Part shown: piece by piece, positions 38,891 to 48,383 of the stretch | Position numbering within the stretch: the stretch's first letter is position 1 | Layout: every line of letters begins with the position of its first letter | NCBI GenBank assembly: GCA_050250895.1 | Contig: JBFWNU010000001.1 | Coordinates: 3,283,557-3,347,556 of the forward strand | Source of the DNA: Vulcanimicrobiota bacterium | Lineage (GTDB): Bacteria; Vulcanimicrobiota; Xenobia; Xenobiales; JADMJV01 | DNA length: 64,000 nt | Direction of reading: 5' to 3' | Notes under the pieces: generated by a model | The model's database searches: none | Seen by the model: only the letters and a program-made list of their open reading frames with translations | What the model was told of the DNA's origin: nothing | Position numbers and translations under genes: made by a program

Positions 38891-40072
38891 ATGAGGATCG
38901 GTCCACATACGGCCATCTTTCGCGCCTCTCAGACTTCGGCGCGGGCAGTCACGCCGGAGCGGCTGCAGGTGGTTGGGCACGCTCTTGGCGAGCCCCGGCC
39001 GGCGGGGAGGGTGTGGCTCGAGTTGGGGTTGTCGGTGGCTGAAGGCAGGCTGGTCAGCCAGGCCGATCAAGGGCTGATGGGCCGCGGGCTGATGCTCGAA
39101 CCGCGCTGGTTGGCGGCTGCCTACCAGGGGCTGAGCCAGCGCACTGAAGCTGCTCCCGAGCTTTTCACCCGCCTGGTCTCGGCCTCGCGCACCCGCTTGG
39201 AACTGGCCACGCGCCAGCGACGGCTCGAGTTCCTGATCGACCAGGCCAAAGCCGAGGGCCGGCCCATCCGGCGCGCCGACGATGGAGTCGAGAAGGCCAA
39301 CCGAGTTCGCTTTGCCGACGGAATCGAGCATGCTCTCGGGGCCGAGGCGAGTCTGCCCGACAGCAAGCGCGAACGCCTGATGACGAGCTTACAGAAGGTC
39401 ACCCCCGACGCGGTCACCGCCCTCGAGATGAGCGAGCTGCTCGATCTCGATTCCGGGCGCCGAGGCCAGACCGAGGTTGCCCTGGCCCTGGGCCAGAGCC
39501 TGCAGCAGGGCGAGTTGCCCTTTCACTACGCCAATTTGATGAGCCAGGCAGGCCCCGACCTCGGCCACGACCTGAAGCGCTATCAGTTGACACTCCAGAA
39601 GGTCGTGGCCAAAGGCTATCCCGAGCAGGCTGCCGCTAAGGTCTATCGTCTGACCTCGGGGGTCAGCGAGACGCCTGAAGGCTCACCCTGGACCGAGCTG
39701 CCGGTGCTTGACTCGACCCCGGCCGGACGGACCAGCCTGTGGCAGAACTTCGACCCGACCAGCTATCGCCAGATTCTCGGCGGGCTGCGCCCCGGCGAGT
39801 CGGTGCTCGAGGCCGTCCGACGCTATCAGGATGTGCAGGCCACTCTGGCTGAAGGCGGCCACGCCTCGACCCTGGCCGGTCCTGTAGTGCTGGCCCTGGA
39901 GGACATGGTGCGCCGCGGATGCCGCTCGGACGAGATCTATCAGGACTTCCGCCAGGTGCTGCTGGTCAGCCCCACCGTCGAGGCCGCCATCGAGAACCTG
40001 CGCGGGCGGCGGGGCATCCTCTACGACGAAGAAGCTATCCAGATCGGCGACCAACGGGTGGTCCTCGGCTAG
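38891..40072 (+). CDS. Hypothetical protein with C-terminal DEE.I.IGD motif
   Basis: Start moved to ATG 38891, 6 nt after TACTCT. Confidence 0.65.
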   Translation: MRIGPHTAIFRASQTSARAVTPERLQVVGHALGEPRPAGRVWLELGLSVAEGRLVSQADQGLMGRGLMLEPRWLAAAYQGLSQRTEAAPELFTRLVSASRTRLELATRQRRLEFLIDQAKAEGRPIRRADDGVEKANRVRFADGIEHALGAEASLPDSKRERLMTSLQKVTPDAVTALEMSELLDLDSGRRGQTEVALALGQSLQQGELPFHYANLMSQAGPDLGHDLKRYQLTLQKVVAKGYPEQAAAKVYRLTSGVSETPEGSPWTELPVLDSTPAGRTSLWQNFDPTSYRQILGGLRPGESVLEAVRRYQDVQATLAEGGHASTLAGPVVLALEDMVRRGCRSDEIYQDFRQVLLVSPTVEAAIENLRGRRGILYDEEAIQIGDQRVVLG

Positions 40073-40117
40073 CGTTCCTGGCGGAGGAGCCCGCTGGCAA
40101 GGCGGGAAGGATGGCCT

Positions 40118-40765
40118 ATGAGCCAGGATTTGACTATCTACACCCTGGATTGGGTGCCCGAAGGGCCGCGCGGGTTTGTGCGCGACCTGCGTCTACGCTG
40201 GGCCGCCGAGGAGGCGGGTCTGGCCTACCAGGTCGGCACCGTGGCCTTCGAGGACCGCCTGACCAATCATCTCGAAAGCCAGCCGTTCGGACAGGTGCCC
40301 TTCCTGGTCGATGGTGATCTCAAGCTCTTTGAAAGCGGAGCCTGCCTGCTTCATCTGGCCCGCAAGAGCGAGATTCTCATTCCACGAGATGCAGCCGGCG
40401 AGGCAACCACCGTCCAATGGGTGATCGCCGCGCTCAATTCCATCGAGATGGTGTCGGTGCCGTGGTGGTTCTTGAGGTTCTCCGGCCGAGAAGAGAACGA
40501 ACTGACTGACTGGCTGGGAATGCGATTGGCCCAGCTCGAGGCGGTGCTGAGCGAACGGGAATGGCTGGTGGCTGACCGCTTTACCGTGGCGGATCTGTTG
40601 ATGGCCGACGTGCTGCGAGTTCCTGATGTGCGCGCTTACGGCGATCGTCCCGCCTCCGAGGCCTACGTCCAGCGACTCACCTCCCGGCCCGCCTTCCGCC
40701 AGGCCCACGCCGACCAGCTGGCCCATTTCGCCGCGGCGGACAAAGTGCGTTCCGGCGTGGCCTAG
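40118..40765 (+). CDS. Glutathione S-transferase family protein
   Basis: RDLRLRWA.EEAG..Y, QPFGQVP, LFESGA, FTVADLLM. Confidence 0.9.
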   Translation: MSQDLTIYTLDWVPEGPRGFVRDLRLRWAAEEAGLAYQVGTVAFEDRLTNHLESQPFGQVPFLVDGDLKLFESGACLLHLARKSEILIPRDAAGEATTVQWVIAALNSIEMVSVPWWFLRFSGREENELTDWLGMRLAQLEAVLSEREWLVADRFTVADLLMADVLRVPDVRAYGDRPASEAYVQRLTSRPAFRQAHADQLAHFAAADKVRSGVA

Positions 40766-40769
40766 CTCG

Positions 40770-40789
40770 GTACTTCCAGCTGGAAGTAC
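40770..40789. other. Perfect 20-bp palindrome directly before repeat array 1
   Basis: GTACTTCCAGCTGGAAGTAC. Confidence 0.9.
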
Positions 40790-40793
40790 TCGC

Positions 40794-41808
40794 TGGCCCC
40801 ACCCGGAGTGGGCGAAATCCCCCTGCCGGGGTGGGGCCAGCCCCCGGCCACCTGACCCGGCAATCGCCAGGGCGGGCCAACTTGGCCCCACCCGGAGTGG
40901 GCGAAATCCCCCTGCCGGAGTGGGGCCAGCCCCCGGCCACGGTGCCTGAGCCGGCAACCCCGGGCCATCCTGGCCCCACCCGGTGGGCGAAATCCCCCTG
41001 CCGGGGTGGGGCCAGCCCCCGGCCACGGTGCCTGAGCCGGCTACCCTGGCCAACTTGGCCCCACCCGGAGTGGGCGAAATCCCCCTGCCGGGGTGGGGCC
41101 AGCGCTCGGCCACCTGACCCGGGGCCTGGCTACCCTGGCCATCTTGGCCCCACCCGGAGTGGGCGAAATCCCCCTGCCGGGGTGGGGCCAGCGCCCGGCC
41201 ACGGTGCCTGACCCGGCTACCCGAGCCATCCTGGCCCCACCCGGAGAGGGCGAAATCCCCCTGCCGGGGTGGGGCCAGCGCTCGGCCACCTGACCCGGGG
41301 CCCGGCTACCCTGGCCAACTTGGCCCCACCCGGAGTGGGCGAAATCCCCCTGCCGGGGTGGGGCCAGCCCCCGGCCACGGTGCCTGACCCGGCTACCCGA
41401 GCCATCCTGGCCCCACCCGGAGAGGGCGAAATCCCCCTGCCGGGGTGGGGCCAGCGCTCGGCCACCTGACCCGGGGCCTGGCTACCCTGGCCATCTTGGC
41501 CCCACCCGGGGTGGGCGAAATCCCCTTGCCGGGGTGGGGCCAGCCCCCGGCCACAGTGCCTGAGCCGGCAACCCCGGGCCATCCTGGCCCCACCCGGAGT
41601 GGGCGAAATCCCCCTGCCGGGGTGGGGCCAGCCCCCGGCCACAGTGCCTGAGCCGGCAACCCCGGGCCATCCTGGCCCCACCCGGAGTGGGCGAAATCCC
41701 CCTGCCGGGGTGGGGCCAGCCCCCGGCCACAGTGCCTGAGCCGGCAACCCCGGGCCATCCTGGCCCCACCCGGAGTGGGCGAAATCCCCCTGCCGGGGTG
41801 GGGCCAGC
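40794..41808. repeat. Intergenic tandem array 1: 12 copies of a 48-bp hairpin core separated by 11 related 39-41-bp linkers (period 86-89 bp)
   Basis: Core TGGCCCCACCCGGAGTGGGCGAAATCCCCCTGCCGGGGTGGGGCCAGC; GAAAT at 40814, 40903, 40989, 41076, 41165, 41252, 41341, 41428, 41517, 41605, 41693, 41781. Confidence 0.92.
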
Positions 41809-41817
41809 GCCAGGCGA

Positions 41818-43107
41818 CTAGTGGCCGGGGGGTTTCATCGGGTCTGAGGGAGGCATCGGCCAGACCAGGTCGGGGCGCTCAAAGACGCCGCCAAAGAAGT
41901 CGAGAATGCCGGGCCAGCGGTCGTCGAAGTCGGCCCAGTTGTACTCGGTGACCCGGGGCGTCAGGGGGTTGTGGTCGCGGGCCGGCAGGTGCTTGGCAAA
42001 GCCGGCATAGCTCCAGCCCCAATCGGGCAGCGGCACGGCCACTCCCGGGGTGAGAGCGGCGAAGAGGGCGGCGCGGTCGACCTCGCCCGGCTTGACTTCG
42101 CCGGGAGTGAACGCGGCCTGGGCTATGTCGTGCTGCTCGCGATAGGCCATCAAGATGCCAGCCATCTCCACCAGGCGATTGCGCAGGCGCAGGTCGTCGA
42201 CCGAGCCGGCCTTTTGATAGAGCGCGTAGCCCACCACCAGAAAGTTGCGGTGATCCAGGCCGGTGAACTGGTCGAAGTGAGTGGGTAGGGGACCGTCGCC
42301 CTCGACCGCCGGCATGAGGCCGGCGTAGATGGTGCGGGCCTGGTCAGGCGAGGATGGAGTCGAGAGGCTGAAGCCGTCGAGCACGTCCTCGGCCGTCAGG
42401 CCGGGCCCGAAGCGACGGCGGAAGTGGCAGAAGTCCTGGGCGCTCACGCCCAGCTCTTCGAAGATCTTCCGATTGCCATCTTCGAGCGTATTGCGGGCGG
42501 TGCGGGCCACCGCCAGCAGACGCTCGGTGAAGTTGGCTCCGGGAGCCGTCTTGGTCAAAGCGAGCAAACGCTGGCTCGAGACGAAGATGGTGCGAGGATC
42601 GAGGGCTCCGTCGGTCAGGCCGAGCAGCAGCAGACCGCAGATGCGCTGGGTTTCGTCGACCACTCCGTTGAGTTCGGCTCCGCCGGCCAGCTCGGCCGCC
42701 TGGGCCCTCAGCCGCTCGTCGGGGTTGTCTGAGGCGGCCCAGCCCTCCAGCAGGCGTTCGGCCCGCCCGGCCATCACCATGCCCAGGCCCGCCTGGCGCG
42801 AGGCCCAGGGTCCAAAACCAAACCACGACGGGCTGGTGGTGATCTGGCTGGGATAACCCGGGTCATACTCGCTTTGCAACAGGTGGGAAAATTGCGAATA
42901 GCTGGCCGTGATCTGCTGGTTGAGCTCTTCATAGCGAAGGCCGCGGGCTAGAATGCCGCGCACGTCGGGAATCTCGGGCTGAGTGAAGACAGGGCGCGAG
43001 GGCAGGGGCTCAAGGCGAGGCGCGGGCTCGAACCGATCCAACGACAGGAGGACCTCTCGCGGACGCGAGAGAGTCACCGCTTTCGGAGTGGCAGCGCAGA
43101 TCTTCAC
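41818..43107 (-). CDS. Hypothetical protein with conserved-looking N..IT..Y, W..F..WASRQAG and GN..IF.E segments
   Basis: 429-aa ORF; motifs recall an uncharacterised (possibly DUF2515-like) family. Confidence 0.6.
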   Translation of the reverse strand: MKICAATPKAVTLSRPREVLLSLDRFEPAPRLEPLPSRPVFTQPEIPDVRGILARGLRYEELNQQITASYSQFSHLLQSEYDPGYPSQITTSPSWFGFGPWASRQAGLGMVMAGRAERLLEGWAASDNPDERLRAQAAELAGGAELNGVVDETQRICGLLLLGLTDGALDPRTIFVSSQRLLALTKTAPGANFTERLLAVARTARNTLEDGNRKIFEELGVSAQDFCHFRRRFGPGLTAEDVLDGFSLSTPSSPDQARTIYAGLMPAVEGDGPLPTHFDQFTGLDHRNFLVVGYALYQKAGSVDDLRLRNRLVEMAGILMAYREQHDIAQAAFTPGEVKPGEVDRAALFAALTPGVAVPLPDWGWSYAGFAKHLPARDHNPLTPRVTEYNWADFDDRWPGILDFFGGVFERPDLVWPMPPSDPMKPPGH

Positions 43108-43193
43108 GTCTTTTTCTAACCCTCCAGGCCGAGCCTGAGGTTAACAGCCTGTAAATTCAGAAGTCTTTCATTCCTCTTTTCTACACTCACCGT

Positions 43194-45626
43194 ATGCAGA
43201 TCGGTTTCGTTCGCCATGTCCATCCGCCCGTCACCCGCCGGGCCGGCTCGGCCGCGCCCTCGCCAGCCGACCAGCCGAGCGCCACCGACGCGGTGGAGTT
43301 GAGCGGCGGCACCAGCCGGGTCTTGTTTAGCGAGGCAGCGCGCCTGAATCTTTTGCCTAGCTCGGCGGCCGTTCCAGGGCCCCTGGGTGCGGTGCTCAGC
43401 CAGGCTGCCCAGGATGACCTGAAGGCTCTCTTTGGCCAGTTCGAGGCGGCCGGCCTCGAATTCCATAAGTGTGTCACTCCCCGCCACTATCGCACCTTCC
43501 AAGACAAGCACGCCCTCTCCCCTGATGAACTGACCGAGCGCGTGCTCTCTTCGGCTGCCGGCACCCAGGATCAGGGGCGTTTTGGCTATCTCGTCGTCCA
43601 CGGTCCGGGAATGGAGGCCGCTCGCGTCGACGATCTGGCCGACCTGCAAAGCCTGCAAGCTTTCGTGCTTGACAAAGACACCTCACAGCTGGCTCAGCCC
43701 CGTCTGGCCGACCAGTTGCTCAAGCTCGAAGAGCGTGGTTTTCAGCCTTTGCTGACCGAGCGCGAGGTCGACGAGTCGGGCTCGGTGACGGGCGGAGCCT
43801 ATCGTGCCGCCGTGTCCATCCGCAAAGTCGGGGCCTACGGCGCCTATCGCGCTTTGACCGGGGCGGGCGAGGAGAACTTGCTCTGGACCCGCAAAGGGCA
43901 GTCCGACGCCCACCGCCTGCAGACAGCGGCTGATGTGGGCCCCTTAGCCTATTTTGAACTCGATCAACCGGGCTGGGAGCCTGACGAGCTGGCCACCTCG
44001 ATCAAAGGGCTGGCCGACCAGGGCTACTCCTTCACCAACGGCAACGATCAGGTCGATCCGCTGGCCGCTCACAACCGCTACAGCTCCTGGAGCAGCACCG
44101 AGCTAGCGGTGGGTGTGCTGGGCAATGGGGGCAGGCGCTCGACCAGGGAACAGGTGCTCAACCCCGAATTGCTCGACCCGGCGGTGCTGGCTCTGGGCGA
44201 GTTCTTCAACGAGAAGATTCGCGGCCAGGGCAGCCCCCAGGAAGAAGAATTGACCGTCCGCATCCTGGCCTTCGAGCCTCCCGGCGGAACCCTGACCGAA
44301 CGTCATCAGGCCCTGATGGACTTGCGCCAGCTCGAAGCCGACCACGAGCCGCAGCTCGAATCGATCCAGAAGCTGGGCCGAGCCGGCTGGAACATCCGCG
44401 AGCTGCTCAAGCTGCGCAACCCCGACGAGCCTCTCTCGGAACTCGTCGACGCTTATCGCCAGGTGCGGGCCGACCTGCCTCACGGCGTGGCCGTCAAGGC
44501 TCTGGCTTTCTTTCGCCAGGACCTGCCCGGGCGCAGCGTCGACGCCGAGGACTACGCCACCCAGCGCAGCGAGTTGACCGAGCTAGCCCGCGGCACCACC
44601 AGCTTCGAGCAGATTCCGCTGGCTCACGAACTGATTCGTCCCGATCTGATGCCCGAGAGCTTCGCTGAGCGGGTTGATGTCTTTCATACCATGGTGGAGG
44701 CCTATCGCGAGCTTCCCATGGAAGAGGTGGGCACCTTCGATCGGCGCCAGCCCGAGCAAGAAGCCGTCGACGACTATCGCTTTCTGCTGGCCGGTCGCCG
44801 CCCGGGTCAGGGGCTGGCCGAGGCCAGCAACGGTTTGGTCCAGACACACCAGCAACTGGCTGCACGCATAGGCTTTAAAGGCAGCCGCGAGGTCTTTGGG
44901 CGCTTTCAGAAACTGGGTCTCGATTCGCTCGCGGGTTATCTGGCCGGCATCGGCCAGGTGCTCGACCAGCTCGAGCAAGCCCGCGGGGCCGACAAGCCCG
45001 GTAAAGAGTTGACTCAGGATTACAACACGGTCCTGCGCCATCGCCAGGTGGGTCAGGACCTCGACCAGGCGGGCTCGGCCCTGGCCCGGCTCCACCGCGA
45101 GGTGGGCTCACGAGTCGGCTGGGAGCAGAGCCGCGTTGGCTACGGCCAGTTACAGAGCCGCTTCGAGCGGGGCCAGTTCGGCGGGGCGAGCTTCGAGCAG
45201 GCGGTCGAGCAGTACGTGGGCGAGCAGAAGAACGTGCTCGACCGACTCGATGGCGCCTATGACGGCAAAAATCCCGAGCTGGCCGAGGATTATCAGGCCA
45301 TGCTCACCGAGCGACCGGCTGGCCATTCGGCCGAAGAGGGAGCCGAATTGTTAGGCGCCCTGGCGCTGGCGCTGCGAGGCAAGGCCAGGCCCGAAGAGTC
45401 GCGCAAGCTCTACATCCGGATGGTGCAGGAGCATCAGAAGGGCGTCTTTGGCGAACGCTCGCCCCGCCAGGTCGTGAGCGATTTCTTGCAGGCCATGACC
45501 CTGACCGACGACCGGGCCAAGGCCTATACCGTGGCCCGTTTCGGCTCGCCCGCCGGCCAGGACATCTCCTTTGACGACGACCAGGTCATCATCGGCGATT
45601 TCCATCTGCCCATCGAATCCCTCTAG
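43194..45626 (+). CDS. Large helical hypothetical protein with internal repeats and C-terminal DDD.V.IGD motif
   Basis: 810-aa ORF; repeated DY..(V/L)L..R..G....E/Q segments; N-terminal DAVELS. Confidence 0.7.
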   Translation: MQIGFVRHVHPPVTRRAGSAAPSPADQPSATDAVELSGGTSRVLFSEAARLNLLPSSAAVPGPLGAVLSQAAQDDLKALFGQFEAAGLEFHKCVTPRHYRTFQDKHALSPDELTERVLSSAAGTQDQGRFGYLVVHGPGMEAARVDDLADLQSLQAFVLDKDTSQLAQPRLADQLLKLEERGFQPLLTEREVDESGSVTGGAYRAAVSIRKVGAYGAYRALTGAGEENLLWTRKGQSDAHRLQTAADVGPLAYFELDQPGWEPDELATSIKGLADQGYSFTNGNDQVDPLAAHNRYSSWSSTELAVGVLGNGGRRSTREQVLNPELLDPAVLALGEFFNEKIRGQGSPQEEELTVRILAFEPPGGTLTERHQALMDLRQLEADHEPQLESIQKLGRAGWNIRELLKLRNPDEPLSELVDAYRQVRADLPHGVAVKALAFFRQDLPGRSVDAEDYATQRSELTELARGTTSFEQIPLAHELIRPDLMPESFAERVDVFHTMVEAYRELPMEEVGTFDRRQPEQEAVDDYRFLLAGRRPGQGLAEASNGLVQTHQQLAARIGFKGSREVFGRFQKLGLDSLAGYLAGIGQVLDQLEQARGADKPGKELTQDYNTVLRHRQVGQDLDQAGSALARLHREVGSRVGWEQSRVGYGQLQSRFERGQFGGASFEQAVEQYVGEQKNVLDRLDGAYDGKNPELAEDYQAMLTERPAGHSAEEGAELLGALALALRGKARPEESRKLYIRMVQEHQKGVFGERSPRQVVSDFLQAMTLTDDRAKAYTVARFGSPAGQDISFDDDQVIIGDFHLPIESL

Positions 45627-47217
45627 ACCTGACTGGCTGTTGCTCGAACGGCAGCTCCATCCACTCTTTCCAGGGCGGGACCGGGTCGTCCATCGGCCGG
45701 TCGAATTCATAGTAGGAGTACACGGCGCCCTCGCTCCAGTAGAGGCGGCCTTGATACGGAACAATGACGACCAGCCGCAAAGGACGTCCCGAACCGGCAT
45801 AGCGCTGGGTGCCGGTGGAGAGCTCGCTGGCAATGGGGGTCAGCACCCCCGCTGGCTGGGGCGGGTGAGCGATGTTGGTGCGGTTGAGCGAGAGTGCCTT
45901 GAGCTCTTCGCCGTAGTTGGCCAGAAATTCTAGTTGTTGGTGCGAGAATGGCTGGTCCTCGAGTTCTACCCAGGCCATCTCGGCGAGCTGGCCACACAAG
46001 CTTTCCAGTCGCAGGAAGTCAGCCTCGGTCGGCACCGACTCTCCCCGGCCAAAGAACTGCTCGAACTGTCGATACGACATCGACTCGACATCGAGGCTGC
46101 TGCCCTGGTTGGATCTCGCCCGGTAGGCACGCTTGAGTTCGCGCTTTTGACGGACCTGCAACTCGGCCATGGTCTCGAAGACTCCGGCCGCGACCAGGGC
46201 TTGGCGCGTGCGTTTGGTGAGCATCTGCATGCGCTGGAAGAACTCGGGGGCCGGCTCCACATATCCGCTAAAGCGATTCTCTTTGAGAGTGCCCCCCATG
46301 TAATAGGAATTATCTTTGGTGGCGCGGTCCAGGGTGTGCTCGAGTTCGGCCCAGCCTCCCAGCTGGGTGTTCAGGGTCTTGCGCTGCCAAACGCTGCTAT
46401 CCATGAAGCTGGGATATCCGGGGCCGTGGTGAGACAGCGAGGCCAGGGCCAGGATGGTGTCCTGATAGATCGAATCGTGGGCCTGCAAAGAGTCGCGCAA
46501 GACGCTTTGCCGGTCGGGGTCGAGGTCGAGGCTCGGGTGACCCAGCAAAAAGGCGATGTCGTTGCCCTCGGGGATGTCGTTGCAGTTCGAGAAGACGGCC
46601 TGAAAGGCCAGGTTCTTCAGAGTGAGCCCCTGCGGCATGATGCGCATCCCCTCCACCGGCACCCCCCGGTCGACCACCCGCGGCGCGACCACCGGGGGAC
46701 GGCCAGCGAGAAAGCTCTCTGGGCCCGGGTCGTCGGCTGAACCGGCCAGCTCGAGGTCCAGGCGCCTGATTCGCTCATACAGCTGCCAGTCTGGACTAGC
46801 CCGAAGTTTGTTGCTCAAAGCCACGCATCTGGCCAGCTGCTCATCACTTTCAAAGGGCAGAGGCTCGCCCAGGTCGGGCAGACCGAGTTCGTTTTTCAGG
46901 CGCTCCTCCAGGGGATCGCGCACCTTCCCATGGAATTCGACCAGAGTGTCGTTGAGCAACGACTGATAGGCATGGAAGAGGCTGTCGCTGGTGATGAAGG
47001 GAGCCGGGTTCAGCAAGTATGCTTCATAGAAGTCCAGGTGCTCGCCGGGCCCGAGCCAGCAGGCATTCTCCGCCAACTCGGCCCGCGCTTCCAGTGGTTG
47101 CAGCCCTTCAACCTCGGTCAGAGGGGGGCTCAGTTGATAGGGCGTTAGCTTCGCCAGGCGCGGTTCGGCTTGGCATCCGAGCATCAGCAGAGCGAGTAGG
47201 AGCGCATGTCGTCGCAT
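45589..47217 (-). CDS. DUF3160-family lipoprotein
   Basis: LMLGC lipobox; FITSDSLFHAY, KTLNTQLGGWAELEH, GYVEPAPEFF, GAVYSYYEF. Confidence 0.78.
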   Translation of the reverse strand: MRRHALLLALLMLGCQAEPRLAKLTPYQLSPPLTEVEGLQPLEARAELAENACWLGPGEHLDFYEAYLLNPAPFITSDSLFHAYQSLLNDTLVEFHGKVRDPLEERLKNELGLPDLGEPLPFESDEQLARCVALSNKLRASPDWQLYERIRRLDLELAGSADDPGPESFLAGRPPVVAPRVVDRGVPVEGMRIMPQGLTLKNLAFQAVFSNCNDIPEGNDIAFLLGHPSLDLDPDRQSVLRDSLQAHDSIYQDTILALASLSHHGPGYPSFMDSSVWQRKTLNTQLGGWAELEHTLDRATKDNSYYMGGTLKENRFSGYVEPAPEFFQRMQMLTKRTRQALVAAGVFETMAELQVRQKRELKRAYRARSNQGSSLDVESMSYRQFEQFFGRGESVPTEADFLRLESLCGQLAEMAWVELEDQPFSHQQLEFLANYGEELKALSLNRTNIAHPPQPAGVLTPIASELSTGTQRYAGSGRPLRLVVIVPYQGRLYWSEGAVYSYYEFDRPMDDPVPPWKEWMELPFEQQPVRSRGIRWADGNRR

Positions 47218-47291
47218 ATCGACCAGACGATCAGCGGGCTTAGAAAGTTCGATGTTCGGAAGAGCGGTATTTTCTGCTAGTATAGGAGCGC

Positions 47292-48383
47292 ATGAAGAAG
47301 ATTGCTCTCACCCTTTTGCTCCTCAGCGCGTGCGCCCTGGCGCAGCCACTACGTCCTGTGGTAGGTCAGGACGAAACCATCACCGCTACCAGCAGCGACG
47401 ACCTCTACACTCTTGGCCGCCATTATCGGCTCGGGCTCGAGCATCTGGCTTTCGCCAACAACCTGGCCATCAGCCTGGCCCCGGTCGGGCCCACCCAGCT
47501 CGTCTTGCCCAGGCGGCGCGTTCTGCCGGCCAACCCGCCCACCGACGGGTTGGTCTTGAACCTCCCCGAACGGGGCATCTTCTTGTTCAAAGAAGGAAAG
47601 TTCAAGGCTTTCTATCCGGTGGCCGTGGGCAGCCCTGACCGCCAGACGCCGGTGGGCGAGTACAAGATCATCGTGCGCACCGTCAACCCTACCTGGTTGC
47701 CACCCGAGTGGGCGGGCATCTCCGAGCCCGTGGGCCCGGGTCCCGAGAATCCTTTGGGGGACCGCTGGATGGGCTTGAGCCGACCGGGTTACGGCATTCA
47801 CTCCACCAACAGCCCGAGTTCCATCGGCGGGGCCGTCTCGCACGGCTGCATCCGCATGTATCCCGAACTGGCGCGGGAGTTGTTCGAGCGGGTCAAGGTC
47901 GGCATGCCGGTGCGAATCGAGTATGAGCCGGTCAAGCTTGGCTGGGACGAGGAGCAGTGCGAACTCTACCTTTGCGTCCTGCCGGACATGTACGGCAAGG
48001 TCAACCTGATGGCCGAGGCCGAACGCAAGTTGGCCGAAGTGGGAGCCACCGATCTGGTCGATCCGACCCGCCTGAAGGTACTGGTGGACAGAGCCTCGGG
48101 CAAAGCCGAGAAGCTGGCTGGAGGCCGGGTGCTGGTCAGGGTCGATGGCAACGAGAGCCGACCTCCCGGCTTGATCCGCGAGGGCCGGCTCTGGGTTGGC
48201 ACCGAGCTGCTCGAGCAACTGGGCGTGGTTCCTGGCGAGGAGTTGCCCACGGTGACGCTCGCCAGCCACCGGCTGATGCCGGTGGCCGACGTGCTGCCTC
48301 GCTACGGCTATACGCCGGTGTGGGAGAACGGCAGCTTGCGAGTCGAGCGCGTCAAGATGGATTCCCCCCCATTAACTGATTGA
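47292..48383 (+). CDS. L,D-transpeptidase (ErfK/YbiS/YkuD family)
   Basis: YPVAVG...TP.G, NPLG.RW, YGIHSTN...SHGCIRM. Confidence 0.9.
   Translation: MKKIALTLLLLSACALAQPLRPVVGQDETITATSSDDLYTLGRHYRLGLEHLAFANNLAISLAPVGPTQLVLPRRRVLPANPPTDGLVLNLPERGIFLFKEGKFKAFYPVAVGSPDRQTPVGEYKIIVRTVNPTWLPPEWAGISEPVGPGPENPLGDRWMGLSRPGYGIHSTNSPSSIGGAVSHGCIRMYPELARELFERVKVGMPVRIEYEPVKLGWDEEQCELYLCVLPDMYGKVNLMAEAERKLAEVGATDLVDPTRLKVLVDRASGKAEKLAGGRVLVRVDGNESRPPGLIREGRLWVGTELLEQLGVVPGEELPTVTLASHRLMPVADVLPRYGYTPVWENGSLRVERVKMDSPPLTD

Noticed and set aside
40193-41769. Many short ORFs (GWPHPGRGISPTPGG repeats)
   Set aside because: They are translations of the DNA repeat, and frames shift with unit length.
40794-41808. 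Canonical CRISPR array
   Set aside because: The linkers are homologous to each other and several are identical, the repeat is 48 bp, and there are no cas genes or AT-rich leader. Kept as a repeat array.
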